Of a stretch of 64,000 nt of DNA, positions 1 through 12,240 are shown one piece after another. Under the pieces are notes generated by a model that was given only the letters and a program-made list of their open reading frames with translations, ran no database searches and was not told where the DNA came from. A program made the position numbers and the translations under genes. The DNA is from Verrucomicrobiota bacterium (GTDB taxonomy: Bacteria; Verrucomicrobiota; Verrucomicrobiia; Limisphaerales; AAA164-E04). Where the stretch lies: positions 5,792,001 through 5,856,000 of the forward strand of contig CP170459.1 in the NCBI GenBank assembly GCA_047947115.1, given 5' to 3'. Each line of letters begins with the position of its first letter. Position 1 is the stretch's first letter.

Positions 1-79
1 TATATACATCTTGCGGTTGTGCCGAGGCGTTTAAACCACCGGCTAACATGAGTAACACCCATTTATTAATCAACTTCAT
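1..79 (-). CDS. Partial CDS (runs off the window start); secreted hypothetical protein, next gene of the secretin operon
   Basis: Manual translation from ATG at 79 gives MKLINKWVLLMLAGGLNASAQPQDVY, a Sec signal peptide with an A-S-A|Q site. It starts 27 bp after the stop of 107..1582. Not in the ORF track. Confidence 0.7.
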   Translation of the reverse strand, partial: MKLINKWVLLMLAGGLNASAQPQDVY

Positions 80-106
80 ATGCAAACAAAATTCCTTGAA
101 AGGAAA

Positions 107-1582
107 TTATCGAGAAAAAATCAGACTTTCCAATGCCTCTAGATCTGCCCCTTGTGGAAATACGACAGGATCATTGGTTGTCCCATCAAATGCTCCCCAC
201 ATTTGCCAGCTAACTGCTCCAAAAGTGCCATTTTCCAGATAGGCACCAGTAGCATCGACAACTCCATTCCAAAAAGGAGTAACCGTATTGAACGTTAACG
301 TAGCACCTCCAATAATCCCTGGTCCATCGTCATCACCAGTTGTTCCATCAAATGTGTCACTATTGATCCAGTTGACATTGCCAAGTGCCAATGGAGTGTA
401 AGTCACCGGATCCTGGGCGAAAGCTCCTTGTAAATCCCGAGCGTCAAATCTAAGATCTGGCTGGATCAAATTACGAATCAACCTCTGTGATCTCCGCACT
501 CCATTGGTAACGTAGTTGTCGGTAAAATTAACCGTCATTGGCGTAAAAAATTCACCCAGTAGGGAATCATAATTGGCTTCCACAAAATCCAGGACACCAA
601 TACCACCCCTAACAGCAGGGTTGATAAAAGTTGTCGTTCCGGCACCCGCACCACCAGCTGGTTGGGTTCCAGTTGTTACGGTAGCGACTGCATTGGTTGC
701 AATAACGGCTGAATCATAAGCCCCGCCCCCCGAACCACCGGGAAATCCGCTGTAGTCATAAATGCCCCCACCACCAACAGCACCACCACCGCCAGCAACG
801 ACACCGCCAGTGCCGGTCACATCAGGAATCGACGTTTCCATGTTGTAGTTTTTGGGATTGTAGAGATACTTTATGCCTCCGACATCATCACGGCTGAGGC
901 TGGAGATGTAGAGACCTGATAGCAGTTCAACAGGACCACTACGAGCGGCGGAAGCAGGTGTAGTTGTAGTAAAAAACCTCTCAGAAGGATCTACCGGGAA
1001 GACAGACGGACAACCTTGCCGATTATAAGTGTAAAGGGTACCGTTGACATACGGACTCATTAAATAAGTCACCGGATCAAAATTCCGGACAGTGAGGTAG
1101 TATTCAACAACAGCACCATTTTGAATCCACGCATTTCTTGGCGCATAAACGTAGGCTGTTGGATCTTCCAAACCTAGGGCACGCATGGTGCTTTGGATTG
1201 CAATTGATTTGACATCCATCAACCCTAAGGCGCGCGCACGGTGATTGATCCTCATACTCTGAGTTGGATAATCATCGATATTGAGTGCATCGGCACTGGG
1301 CAATTCATCAAGAACAGCTATGGCCTTTTGAATTTCCTCTACACCACGCGCACCAAAAAAACTCGCGAAGTCGGAAGTAACACCGTAAGTGATAATGGGA
1401 ACGTTAAACCGGTATTCCTCATCAATGTTCATCGGCCCGGTAAGACCACTATAACACGCATTGCTAGAGGGAATTGCCTCAGACATCCAAGGGGGTCGAG
1501 GACCTGCCAGCGAGAAGGCGTTTGTGTCACTGGTAGAAACCAGAAGAACAGTCAAAGCTACTAAATTGAAAAATCTTGTCAT
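107..1582 (-). CDS. Secreted hypothetical protein with a degenerate matrixin (M10 metzincin)-like N-terminal domain and a Gly/Thr-rich linker
   Basis: 491 aa ORF with a signal peptide. DVKSIAIQSTMRALGLED sits where DLxSVAxHExGHALGLxH is expected, and LSRDDVGGIKYLY resembles the matrixin LxxDDIxGIxxLY helix. Confidence 0.75.
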   Translation of the reverse strand: MTRFFNLVALTVLLVSTSDTNAFSLAGPRPPWMSEAIPSSNACYSGLTGPMNIDEEYRFNVPIITYGVTSDFASFFGARGVEEIQKAIAVLDELPSADALNIDDYPTQSMRINHRARALGLMDVKSIAIQSTMRALGLEDPTAYVYAPRNAWIQNGAVVEYYLTVRNFDPVTYLMSPYVNGTLYTYNRQGCPSVFPVDPSERFFTTTTPASAARSGPVELLSGLYISSLSRDDVGGIKYLYNPKNYNMETSIPDVTGTGGVVAGGGGAVGGGGIYDYSGFPGGSGGGAYDSAVIATNAVATVTTGTQPAGGAGAGTTTFINPAVRGGIGVLDFVEANYDSLLGEFFTPMTVNFTDNYVTNGVRRSQRLIRNLIQPDLRFDARDLQGAFAQDPVTYTPLALGNVNWINSDTFDGTTGDDDGPGIIGGATLTFNTVTPFWNGVVDATGAYLENGTFGAVSWQMWGAFDGTTNDPVVFPQGADLEALESLIFSR

Positions 1583-1590
1583 AGTTTGTA

Positions 1591-3507
1591 TTACTTCAGT
1601 CTGACAACTCGATAGATGTTCTGTGCTTCAGAAGCAGTTATGGACATTCGTTCACCGACGTCACCTGCCACCTTGGGACCTGTGACATTACCCCACTGAA
1701 GGAGATCTCCGGTACTTTGAATTTGATATACTGCACCGGGAATTGTATCCCAAGTCAGCCAATAATCGCCATCCAATTTCTCCATACCGACCTGGAGAAC
1801 ACTGCGAGGGTTCAAAGGATTGGTTCCAGCCAGCAACTCTTCCAAATTGGTGAGCCCATCGCCGTCACTATCCATTTGTGAGTCATCCCATTGTTTCGGG
1901 TTAAAACCCCAAAATGTTTGCTGAAAACTGTCGGGCAAGCCATCGTTGTTATTATCATCCCCCCACGTAGTTCCCTCACCGGGTGCGCTCAAGGTTGATT
2001 TAACTCCAGCGGTTGTCACATAGGAAATGCTGGCACTATGACGTGAGCCTGCGGGTAGATCAGTAATTTCAATGAAATTGGAGCTTGATATGATCGGGGA
2101 ACTCGAATCATCCAAAGTCACCTCATAATGTTTAACGTCAGCGTTTTCAACAGCTGGCCAAGTGATTCCAAGTTTATTGAAACCAAGCCCATATACAAAC
2201 GGGGTCGAAGGATTTTCCAACTGAACACCCGAGCTTGATTGGCTACCTTCAAATTTTAATGCTCGCAGGTCGAAACTCTGCACACCACCCAAATATGAAC
2301 TCCAAACGGCCACAAAATCACCGCTGTCAGTGGCGGCAAGCGAGGGCATGTATTGTAAGCTGGATTGGTCCTGATTTACAAATGCTGGAGAACCGGAAAC
2401 TGATCCATCGTCATTCAGCATGACACCATAAATATCTGAACCATTACCATCACCGCCAAAGCCGGTCCATGCAACCATCAGTTGATTGCCGCTACGAGCG
2501 ATTACTGGAACCGCTTGATCATTACCAGCATCTATGGATATTTGCTGAGATGAGTTTATGGATCCATCCGAACCAATAATAGATGCAAAAATTGCCCAGT
2601 TACCTGGCTCACCTACAAGAGAAACTTCCTGGAAGGCGGGATTCTGCAACCCTGAATAAACAAGCGCCAAATCGCCACTACCATTGAGAGCAATGGAAGG
2701 ATTTGCAGCCAAAGTTGTTGTTTCAGTGAGTTGAAATTCGTCCCCCTTGGGCTTGCCATTGTAATAAAAATGACGACCCCACACACTCACGGAAAAGTTT
2801 GAACCTAGACCACCAACAGGAGCCTCGGAAACCCAGACAACAAAAAAGCCTCCGTCCGCAGTCTTAGTAATGCCCGGACTTCTTTGGTTGAGGAAAGAGC
2901 TTTGTGGAACGGAAAATTCAGGACCAATTTTTGCGCCTTCCGTACTAATGATTTGTCCAAAAACACCTAACCGGTCTCCATCCTGGTCTTCACTTTCCCA
3001 TACAACAACAGCATTTCCATTGTCTAAAACAGTAATAGAAGGATTTTTTTGGTTGTGATCCGTATACGAATTGACATCAAAATCATCAGCCAAAAACGCC
3101 CCATCCTCCCCCATCAATCGGGCTCTGATATTACCGTCGCTTTCCCATATGAAAAAAGCCCCATTGTCACCAGTTAAGGCAACATCCGGATTTTGCTGGT
3201 CTCCATCTGTGGTCATATTAACCACAAAAGGTTCAAAAACGGGATGGAGTTCCTCGTTTAGCCGAACGGCACTGATGCCTTGACCATCACCGTCCATTGC
3301 ATTTCCCTCCCAGATCACGTATCCACCGTTGGGACCCAATGCGATCTTACTGTTGATCTGATCACCAGGTAGGGATGTTGCGATGGAAAATTCGCTCCCG
3401 ATGGGAGTGAGCTCAGCCATACAATTGCCTATGCAAACAGCACCAATAAGTGTGGTAAGCACGGGCTTTGTCAGACTGATGATGGTATTTCGATTCATTT
3501 CCAACAT
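1591..3507 (-). CDS. Secreted surface protein: 7 tandem repeats (probable beta-propeller), FN3-like domain, Ca-binding DxDxDG repeats, C-terminal beta domain
   Basis: Signal peptide; seven EFxVN..xQxNPxIA..GxFxVVWxS-type repeats; ITWPAV..YEV..ITDLPAGSRH FN3 pattern; DSDGDGLTNLEELLAGTNP; LTWDTIPGAVYQIQSTGDLLQW..IYRVVRLK. Confidence 0.8.
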   Translation of the reverse strand: MLEMNRNTIISLTKPVLTTLIGAVCIGNCMAELTPIGSEFSIATSLPGDQINSKIALGPNGGYVIWEGNAMDGDGQGISAVRLNEELHPVFEPFVVNMTTDGDQQNPDVALTGDNGAFFIWESDGNIRARLMGEDGAFLADDFDVNSYTDHNQKNPSITVLDNGNAVVVWESEDQDGDRLGVFGQIISTEGAKIGPEFSVPQSSFLNQRSPGITKTADGGFFVVWVSEAPVGGLGSNFSVSVWGRHFYYNGKPKGDEFQLTETTTLAANPSIALNGSGDLALVYSGLQNPAFQEVSLVGEPGNWAIFASIIGSDGSINSSQQISIDAGNDQAVPVIARSGNQLMVAWTGFGGDGNGSDIYGVMLNDDGSVSGSPAFVNQDQSSLQYMPSLAATDSGDFVAVWSSYLGGVQSFDLRALKFEGSQSSSGVQLENPSTPFVYGLGFNKLGITWPAVENADVKHYEVTLDDSSSPIISSSNFIEITDLPAGSRHSASISYVTTAGVKSTLSAPGEGTTWGDDNNNDGLPDSFQQTFWGFNPKQWDDSQMDSDGDGLTNLEELLAGTNPLNPRSVLQVGMEKLDGDYWLTWDTIPGAVYQIQSTGDLLQWGNVTGPKVAGDVGERMSITASEAQNIYRVVRLK

Positions 3508-3607
3508 GTTCTGTAATTAGATTTGCCTCTTTGACTCTATCTACGAGCAATTTCAATTCCAAATAGTAGTAAACGCTCGTTTAGTCGTTAAATGATTGGT
3601 TCAGCCC

Positions 3608-6598
<2,991 letters not shown>

Positions 6599-6647
6599 CA
6601 AACTAAAATTGAAATTTAAATGGGTTGTTCAATTGGATGGAGTTTCT

Positions 6648-7439
6648 TTATTGAACAATTCCTTTGGTTATGGTCGTGTGCTTAGATGTCTTTTCGTCAG
6701 ACAAAACAACTTCGGTTTCGGAAACAAATACAATTTCGTAATTGCGCTTATCAATAGAAATCTTGTCACCTTTCATGACGCTGGTGAATTTCCGGCGTCC
6801 GGCAGCATATTCCAGATCCGCTTTGTAACCTGCAATTTCTGTATATGGCTCTTGCGCATTGACAGTTATGGTTTTGTTTGATGCCAACAATTCAAGTACG
6901 AATGACTCAGGCCTGAGGGCATCCCCTTTCACTTCACGCAGAATAAAAATATCATTTTTATCACGTAAGCGAGCGTTGCGTGTCATCCGTCGACGCTCAC
7001 TTCGTTTTTCGGCAGCTTCTCTCGTAACAGAAAAACTATACTTGGGGTTTTCCACATCCAACTCCTTGTCGGCATTGAATTCGATAGTCAAGTAGAGTGG
7101 TTCAGTTGCCAATATCTCGACAGCGTTAGGTCCTTTGTGTCCGTAAAAACGATCCTTGACCAGTGTTCCGTTGTCTTCCAACCATCCGACCGGATTAAAC
7201 GTATTGTGGTCGGGACCAGCCAAACGGATGTGCTCCGGGTTCTTGGCACGATTCAACAAAGCGAGGCTTTCGCTGAGATCTTTCTGTTGAAATTCTTTTG
7301 GCTTTCTGGGACGTATACTCTCCTCCAATTCGGCGCGAATCGCGGACACCGAAAAGGGCAAGTATGCCGCAGCCCCAGCCAGACCGAGCAAGACCACGGC
7401 CAAGATTATCTTTTCGTAATGCTTTTTTAGAAAATCCAT
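6648..7439 (-). CDS. Amuc_1099-like pilus/secretion system protein with an N-terminal membrane anchor
   Basis: MDFLKKHYEKIILAVVLLGL N-terminus; lies between the Amuc_1100-like gene and the secretin, as in the Akkermansia cluster. Confidence 0.65.
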   Translation of the reverse strand: MDFLKKHYEKIILAVVLLGLAGAAAYLPFSVSAIRAELEESIRPRKPKEFQQKDLSESLALLNRAKNPEHIRLAGPDHNTFNPVGWLEDNGTLVKDRFYGHKGPNAVEILATEPLYLTIEFNADKELDVENPKYSFSVTREAAEKRSERRRMTRNARLRDKNDIFILREVKGDALRPESFVLELLASNKTITVNAQEPYTEIAGYKADLEYAAGRRKFTSVMKGDKISIDKRNYEIVFVSETEVVLSDEKTSKHTTITKGIVQ

Positions 7440-7461
7440 GTTAAATCAAATCAATCTTTGA

Positions 7462-8574
7462 TTAATATCCATACCCGCCAGATCCGCCATCATCTTCCTC
7501 GTCGGACGGTAGAGGCATCAATGAGTCGAGTTCTTCCTCGGGGAAAGTAGCTATGGCAACCAAACTCATATTGACGGTCAAGGGGCTTTCGTCAAGATCT
7601 TCGAGTTTGTTGTTGTCCTGCATCGGTTGTTGCCCTCCGCCAGCCATTCCTGCATAAGGATTTCCACCACCGTATCGGCTTGCTTGGCCTGCAGAAGATG
7701 GTTCAAGACCATACATGCGCTGCATCATGGAGTCTCCACCTATTCCGGATCCGTATGATGAACCACCCCCGTCTTGTTCAACGGCCATCCACTTGATTCG
7801 GAAATAGTGGTTCGAACGGTTGAATCCATCCATCACCCTGGCCAGTTCCGAGCTGAAGCATTGAAAACTGATCTGGAATGGAATCATGATGGCATTAATA
7901 TTAGGATCTTGGGTTGCCACATCCTCTATATAATTTTCACCCGCTGATGCGCTTGAAGAAGTGCTAGTGGATGTTACCCCCAAACCGATTCCCCCTGCAG
8001 CACTTGGACCGTCGTTGTCACTGACTGGCAAACGCTTTATAGCATTAATGCCGTGAATCTTAGCTTCAAACAACACGTTGCACAATTCCCGAATTTCGTA
8101 GAGCTGGAAGGTCAGTGGCCGAAGCGCTTCCGGCTCCAGATCAATTCTTGGGCGAATGTCATCAAATGAAAATCCATAACTGCCCTGATCCACAGATGGG
8201 AGACTGATGCCAGTATACCTGGCATCTCTCTGCATTTCAGAAAGTGTGTTTTCCAGTATTTCCTTGAATTCGGAAATTGAAAGTGACTCTGGGATTTCGA
8301 ATCCAGGAAAATAAGATTCCATCGGTCCAAGCACAACTTCCTGCACACGCGCCTGTTCCTTTTGGACCGCACCGATATTGTCAACCTTGTCCGTACCGGG
8401 ATGGGGATCACGGTTATAGAGCTGTTGAACCAAAGAGCGCTGTTGCTCAAGATCAGCCGTAACGGTTTTTTCCAAATCGATCTGCGACATCATGTACCAA
8501 ACGGCCACTCCCATTAGAATGAGAGCTGTGACTCCGCCGATCACCAATCCCACGTTTTGCTTAATCCAGTTCAT
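7462..8574 (-). CDS. Amuc_1100-like (PilO-like) protein
   Basis: MNWIKQN plus a TM helix and coiled coil, YGFSFDD motif, PFQISFQC..ELARVMDGF PilO-like core; its start overlaps the pilM stop (TAATG). Confidence 0.7.
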   Translation of the reverse strand: MNWIKQNVGLVIGGVTALILMGVAVWYMMSQIDLEKTVTADLEQQRSLVQQLYNRDPHPGTDKVDNIGAVQKEQARVQEVVLGPMESYFPGFEIPESLSISEFKEILENTLSEMQRDARYTGISLPSVDQGSYGFSFDDIRPRIDLEPEALRPLTFQLYEIRELCNVLFEAKIHGINAIKRLPVSDNDGPSAAGGIGLGVTSTSTSSSASAGENYIEDVATQDPNINAIMIPFQISFQCFSSELARVMDGFNRSNHYFRIKWMAVEQDGGGSSYGSGIGGDSMMQRMYGLEPSSAGQASRYGGGNPYAGMAGGGQQPMQDNNKLEDLDESPLTVNMSLVAIATFPEEELDSLMPLPSDEEDDGGSGGYGY

Positions 8575-10454
8575 TAGTCCACCAGTGAAATAGGTTCTTT
8601 CAGTTTCAAGGAAATTTCAAAATCGAAGGTTCCTTCCTCTTCGTCCACAGGAGCCAACTCACCGGTCAATTTCGTGTCGTCAGCATTGAAATAATTCGTT
8701 TGGGACTGCAGTTTTTGAAGCAAAGTAAATGCCAAATTGTTATTTGCATTGGGATTAATCGCTCGCCGATTCACTCCCCGACATGTTAGTGTCAGTTTGG
8801 AGATCAAATCTTCATTCTCCTCGTCTGATGTGTCCCCTTCTTCATCATCCCAATCATCTTCACCCCCACTGTCGCCCATGGGTATCAAGCCATACCGCTT
8901 CATCATTTCGATATCCATCATGGGAGTCTGCTCCTCTTCATCATCCCAATCATCAAACGTTTCGGCTGCACCAGTCAGATCAATTCCCGCACTGTCAGGT
9001 AAGAGAGACTCGATCCAAAGCCCGGAATCAAGCGAAAACCGACGCTGTGCTTCATTTTCAGCTTCGACCAGAGAACCGCGTATAACTTTAAGGAGGTCAC
9101 TCCAAAGGTACCGCTGGTTGAGAAGTTTTCCGTAGATTTCCGCTTTGCTCAACTGGGTTTCAAGAGCGGATTCTTCTGGACGAAGTTGTTGTTCCAAACT
9201 TTGCAGTGGAGCCGCGATGGTCCGAAGTTCGTTCAAGACGCGTTGTTTCTCGCCGTGAACCTGTGAGAAAAAGAGACCGATAGAAGCAACCACCAGCACC
9301 AACCCGAACACTGCAGAGATCAAGTAAGGCTTTTTGCGATTGAACTCCTGACGTTGAAGGGAGGATTTGGGCATCAAGTTCAGCTCCACAGGGCACTGAA
9401 CCACGTTTCGAAGCCCGAGCCCGACAACCTCCCCAAATGAGTGGGCTACCCGAGCCAATTCTTCCAAGTTGATGGAAGGATCAATCTCGACAGCCCGGAA
9501 AGGATTGAAGTATTCCACTTCAACGTTTAATTTTTCTGCAAAAAATTGGGCTGTATATGGCATGATGGAAGCCCCACCCGCCAGGAACAGTCGATCAGGC
9601 GCGGAACCACCCTGTTGACTGCGATAAAACTGCATCGTCTGGTTCACCTGGATATGCAGGCGAGTCATCACCTGACGAGCAATTTTGGAAATTTGTGCTT
9701 GCTGAGGATTGTCAGGATCTTCATAAGCCCCCCCCAAACTGACGAAGCCCTGTTCAATTTTGAATTTTTCCGCCTCAGGAAAGCGCATCTTTGCTTCGGT
9801 GGAGAATTCCTGAGTAATGGAATTGGCACCAATGTTTATACTGCGCGCAAATACTTTGCCCTTTTCGAAAAACAACAGGTTGCTGGATTTAGCCCCGATA
9901 TCCAACAGCATCGTGCAACCTTCCAAATCCCCGTAATTGTATCGGAAAGCATTGCAGATGGCGGCCTGCGAAACGTCCACGAGGTTAACCACCATTCCGT
10001 GGTTTTCGGCGGCCTTGAAAACTTTATCCACCAATTCAGTCTTGATGGCTACCAGAAGCACTTCCAGTTCACCACCTGGGGATGTCCCCATGATCTGGTA
10101 GTCCCAAACTACCTCATCCAGAGGGAAGGGCACATTCTGCTGCGCCTCGTATTGAATGATCTGGGTGACCTTGGACGAGTCAACGGGTGGAAGTTTGACG
10201 AACTTGGAGAACACCTGATAACCAGGAGCACAGACGTTGATTTGTTTCGTGGAAAATCCCTGTTCATTTACCAGAGATTGCAAGGCCTTTTTGACAACAC
10301 CTTCGCGAACGGCATCCTGAGCACCAGGCAATCCCAGAGCGTGCTGGCCGAATTTCTTCAATACCAGGCTGCCAGAATCGGTCTGATCAAACTCAGCGAC
10401 TTTGACGCAACCAGCGCCTAGATCGATGCTCAAAAACGATTTTGTCTTTAACAT
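8574..10454 (-). CDS. pilM: Type IV pilus assembly protein PilM fused to a PilN-like C-terminal region (Amuc_1101-like)
   Basis: Actin-like motifs SIDLGAGCVK, LDIGAKSS, LAGGAS and VVGLGLR, then the PilN-type ELNLMP motif, a TM helix and a coiled coil. Start moved to ATG 10454 (MLKTK). Confidence 0.9.
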   Translation of the reverse strand: MLKTKSFLSIDLGAGCVKVAEFDQTDSGSLVLKKFGQHALGLPGAQDAVREGVVKKALQSLVNEQGFSTKQINVCAPGYQVFSKFVKLPPVDSSKVTQIIQYEAQQNVPFPLDEVVWDYQIMGTSPGGELEVLLVAIKTELVDKVFKAAENHGMVVNLVDVSQAAICNAFRYNYGDLEGCTMLLDIGAKSSNLLFFEKGKVFARSINIGANSITQEFSTEAKMRFPEAEKFKIEQGFVSLGGAYEDPDNPQQAQISKIARQVMTRLHIQVNQTMQFYRSQQGGSAPDRLFLAGGASIMPYTAQFFAEKLNVEVEYFNPFRAVEIDPSINLEELARVAHSFGEVVGLGLRNVVQCPVELNLMPKSSLQRQEFNRKKPYLISAVFGLVLVVASIGLFFSQVHGEKQRVLNELRTIAAPLQSLEQQLRPEESALETQLSKAEIYGKLLNQRYLWSDLLKVIRGSLVEAENEAQRRFSLDSGLWIESLLPDSAGIDLTGAAETFDDWDDEEEQTPMMDIEMMKRYGLIPMGDSGGEDDWDDEEGDTSDEENEDLISKLTLTCRGVNRRAINPNANNNLAFTLLQKLQSQTNYFNADDTKLTGELAPVDEEEGTFDFEISLKLKEPISLVD

Positions 10455-10540
10455 GTGTTTTACTTTCCTGTCTATCAGGGCAACAAAAATCCTGTGAGAG
10501 CACATGCCCCCAAGAACTCACATTGCGAAGGTCGGGGAGG

Positions 10541-10569
10541 TGAATATGGGAAATTACCCATCGGGTCAA
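10541..10569 (-). promoter_or_regulatory. Candidate promoter of the pilM operon with a 16-bp near-palindrome in the spacer
   Basis: Minus strand TTGACC-N17-TATTCA (weak -10), with ATGGGTAATTTCCCAT at 10546-10561. Confidence 0.35.
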
Positions 10570-10704
10570 CAGAAAACTGACCCCTTACTCAACAAACACC
10601 GCATTTCGCAACTTCATCCCATTTTTTGATGCCCTGTTTGGTTTCCAATGCGAGGTCTTTGAGTTTCTTTGACCGCTTCCACTTTCCACCTACTCAAAAA
10701 TAAC

Positions 10705-10729
10705 TGAAGGCGTGTTTCGCACTCCTTCA
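10705..10729 (-). terminator. Possible intrinsic terminator after the priming glycosyltransferase
   Basis: Minus strand TGAAGGAGTG-CGAAA-CACGCCTTCA (one mismatch) followed by GTTATTTTT. Confidence 0.45.
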
Positions 10730-10750
10730 AGGCACCTTTACGGGGTTCTT

Positions 10751-12169
10751 TCATTTGGCTCCCTCACCGGCAATCACAACGGGTATCGTTCTCAATAGAA
10801 TCTTGATATCCAGCCATAAGGACCAATTGTCGATGTATTCGAGGTCCAGTCTGACCCATTCTTTGAAATCAGTCACCTTATTTCTTCCACTGATTTGCCA
10901 AAGACAGGTTAAACCTGGTTTCACACTTAAGCGCCGACGATGTGCCAGTTCGTCGAATTGCATGGTTTCGTCCACCGGAAGCGGCCTTGGCCCCACCAAA
11001 CTCATCTCCCCCATCAGCACGTTGAACAATTGGGGCAATTCATCAAAGCTGCGCTTGCGAAGAAATTTACCAATGGGTGTGACACGCGGATCATTCGTTA
11101 CCTTGAATACCGGCCCCGCCATCTCGTTGTAGGCCTGCAATTCATCTTTTCGTTGTTCGGCATCGGTGACCATGGTGCGGAATTTGAACATCGTGAACGG
11201 GCGCCCGTTCAAACCGCTCCGCTGCTGCCTGAAAAACACCGGGCCAGGAGACGTTAACCTGATGGCAAGAGTGCAAAATATAAGAATGGGACTGAAGAGC
11301 AGGATTGCGAACAGAGCCCCTGTAAAATCGATGGCCATTTTACCCACGGCTTGCCATGAAAAATCCGGAGTGGATCGGAAGATCACCACCGGACGGCCGT
11401 ATAATTCATCCAGGGTGGTGCGCGAAATTTGTGTATTGAAAAAATTGGCAAACATCCAAACTTCTACCCCTTCCAGCTCACAGGCTTGAATCACTTTTTC
11501 TATGCGACCGAAATAAGTATGTTTTGTAGCCAGCAAGACACCGTTTGCAGAATGCGTGTGCAAGACTTCAACAAAGGTGGAAAGATCGGATTTGTTCACA
11601 TCCAACTCCGCCACAATTTCTATGTCACGCGCTTCCTCCAGGTGAAAATCCTCCCGAACCTGCTTCACGTCCTCCGGCGTGCCCACCACGATGATGCGAC
11701 GCCTTAACCGCGCCTGCCCGAGAGCATGCAGCAAATAGCGCTGGAGAATTTCCTCCTTAGCAAACACCAGCAGAAAACTGAAGATACCAAAAAGGATAAA
11801 CACAGACCGAGCCAAGTGCTCCTTGGCGAGGAAGGCTGCCAGCATCAGTCCCAGGGTGATAAACGTGCAGACCTTGAACAACTGCCACGCCGTCACCTTT
11901 CTGGAAGCAAGCAGCGGCCGACTGTAAAAGCCTTGAGTCTGAAGCAAAACAAGCGAAAGGGGCACAGTCAGGACCAGATATGGCAAGAATTCATCGAAGG
12001 ATTCAATTTCTTTCGTCCCACCGAAGATAGCCAGCATTCGAAGCCCATATTCACCAACTAACGATTCATTGGTTCGAAGCCAATAAGCAGACCACAGACC
12101 CAGCGCAAAAAGAGCGGCATCCAGGAGACGCTGGATATGGTTTCGAATCTGCTGTTGACGTCTAAGCAT
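10751..12169 (-). CDS. Polyprenyl glycosylphosphotransferase (priming sugar transferase, WcaJ/WbaP family)
   Basis: N-terminal TM helices, a CoA-binding-like middle, and Bac_transf motifs FKFRTM, DPRVT, DELPQLFNVLMGEMSLVGPRP and DLEYIDNWSLWLD. Confidence 0.95.
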   Translation of the reverse strand: MLRRQQQIRNHIQRLLDAALFALGLWSAYWLRTNESLVGEYGLRMLAIFGGTKEIESFDEFLPYLVLTVPLSLVLLQTQGFYSRPLLASRKVTAWQLFKVCTFITLGLMLAAFLAKEHLARSVFILFGIFSFLLVFAKEEILQRYLLHALGQARLRRRIIVVGTPEDVKQVREDFHLEEARDIEIVAELDVNKSDLSTFVEVLHTHSANGVLLATKHTYFGRIEKVIQACELEGVEVWMFANFFNTQISRTTLDELYGRPVVIFRSTPDFSWQAVGKMAIDFTGALFAILLFSPILIFCTLAIRLTSPGPVFFRQQRSGLNGRPFTMFKFRTMVTDAEQRKDELQAYNEMAGPVFKVTNDPRVTPIGKFLRKRSFDELPQLFNVLMGEMSLVGPRPLPVDETMQFDELAHRRRLSVKPGLTCLWQISGRNKVTDFKEWVRLDLEYIDNWSLWLDIKILLRTIPVVIAGEGAK

Positions 12170-12240
12170 AGGACTTCAAATTGAGTATTCGGGCCTGAAT
12201 TCAGGAGTAAGAGAAAACGGATTAAACTTCAAATGCAAGG

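Noticed and set aside
9546..10421. 291 aa plus-strand ORF
   Set aside because: Antisense shadow of pilM with no recognisable motifs.
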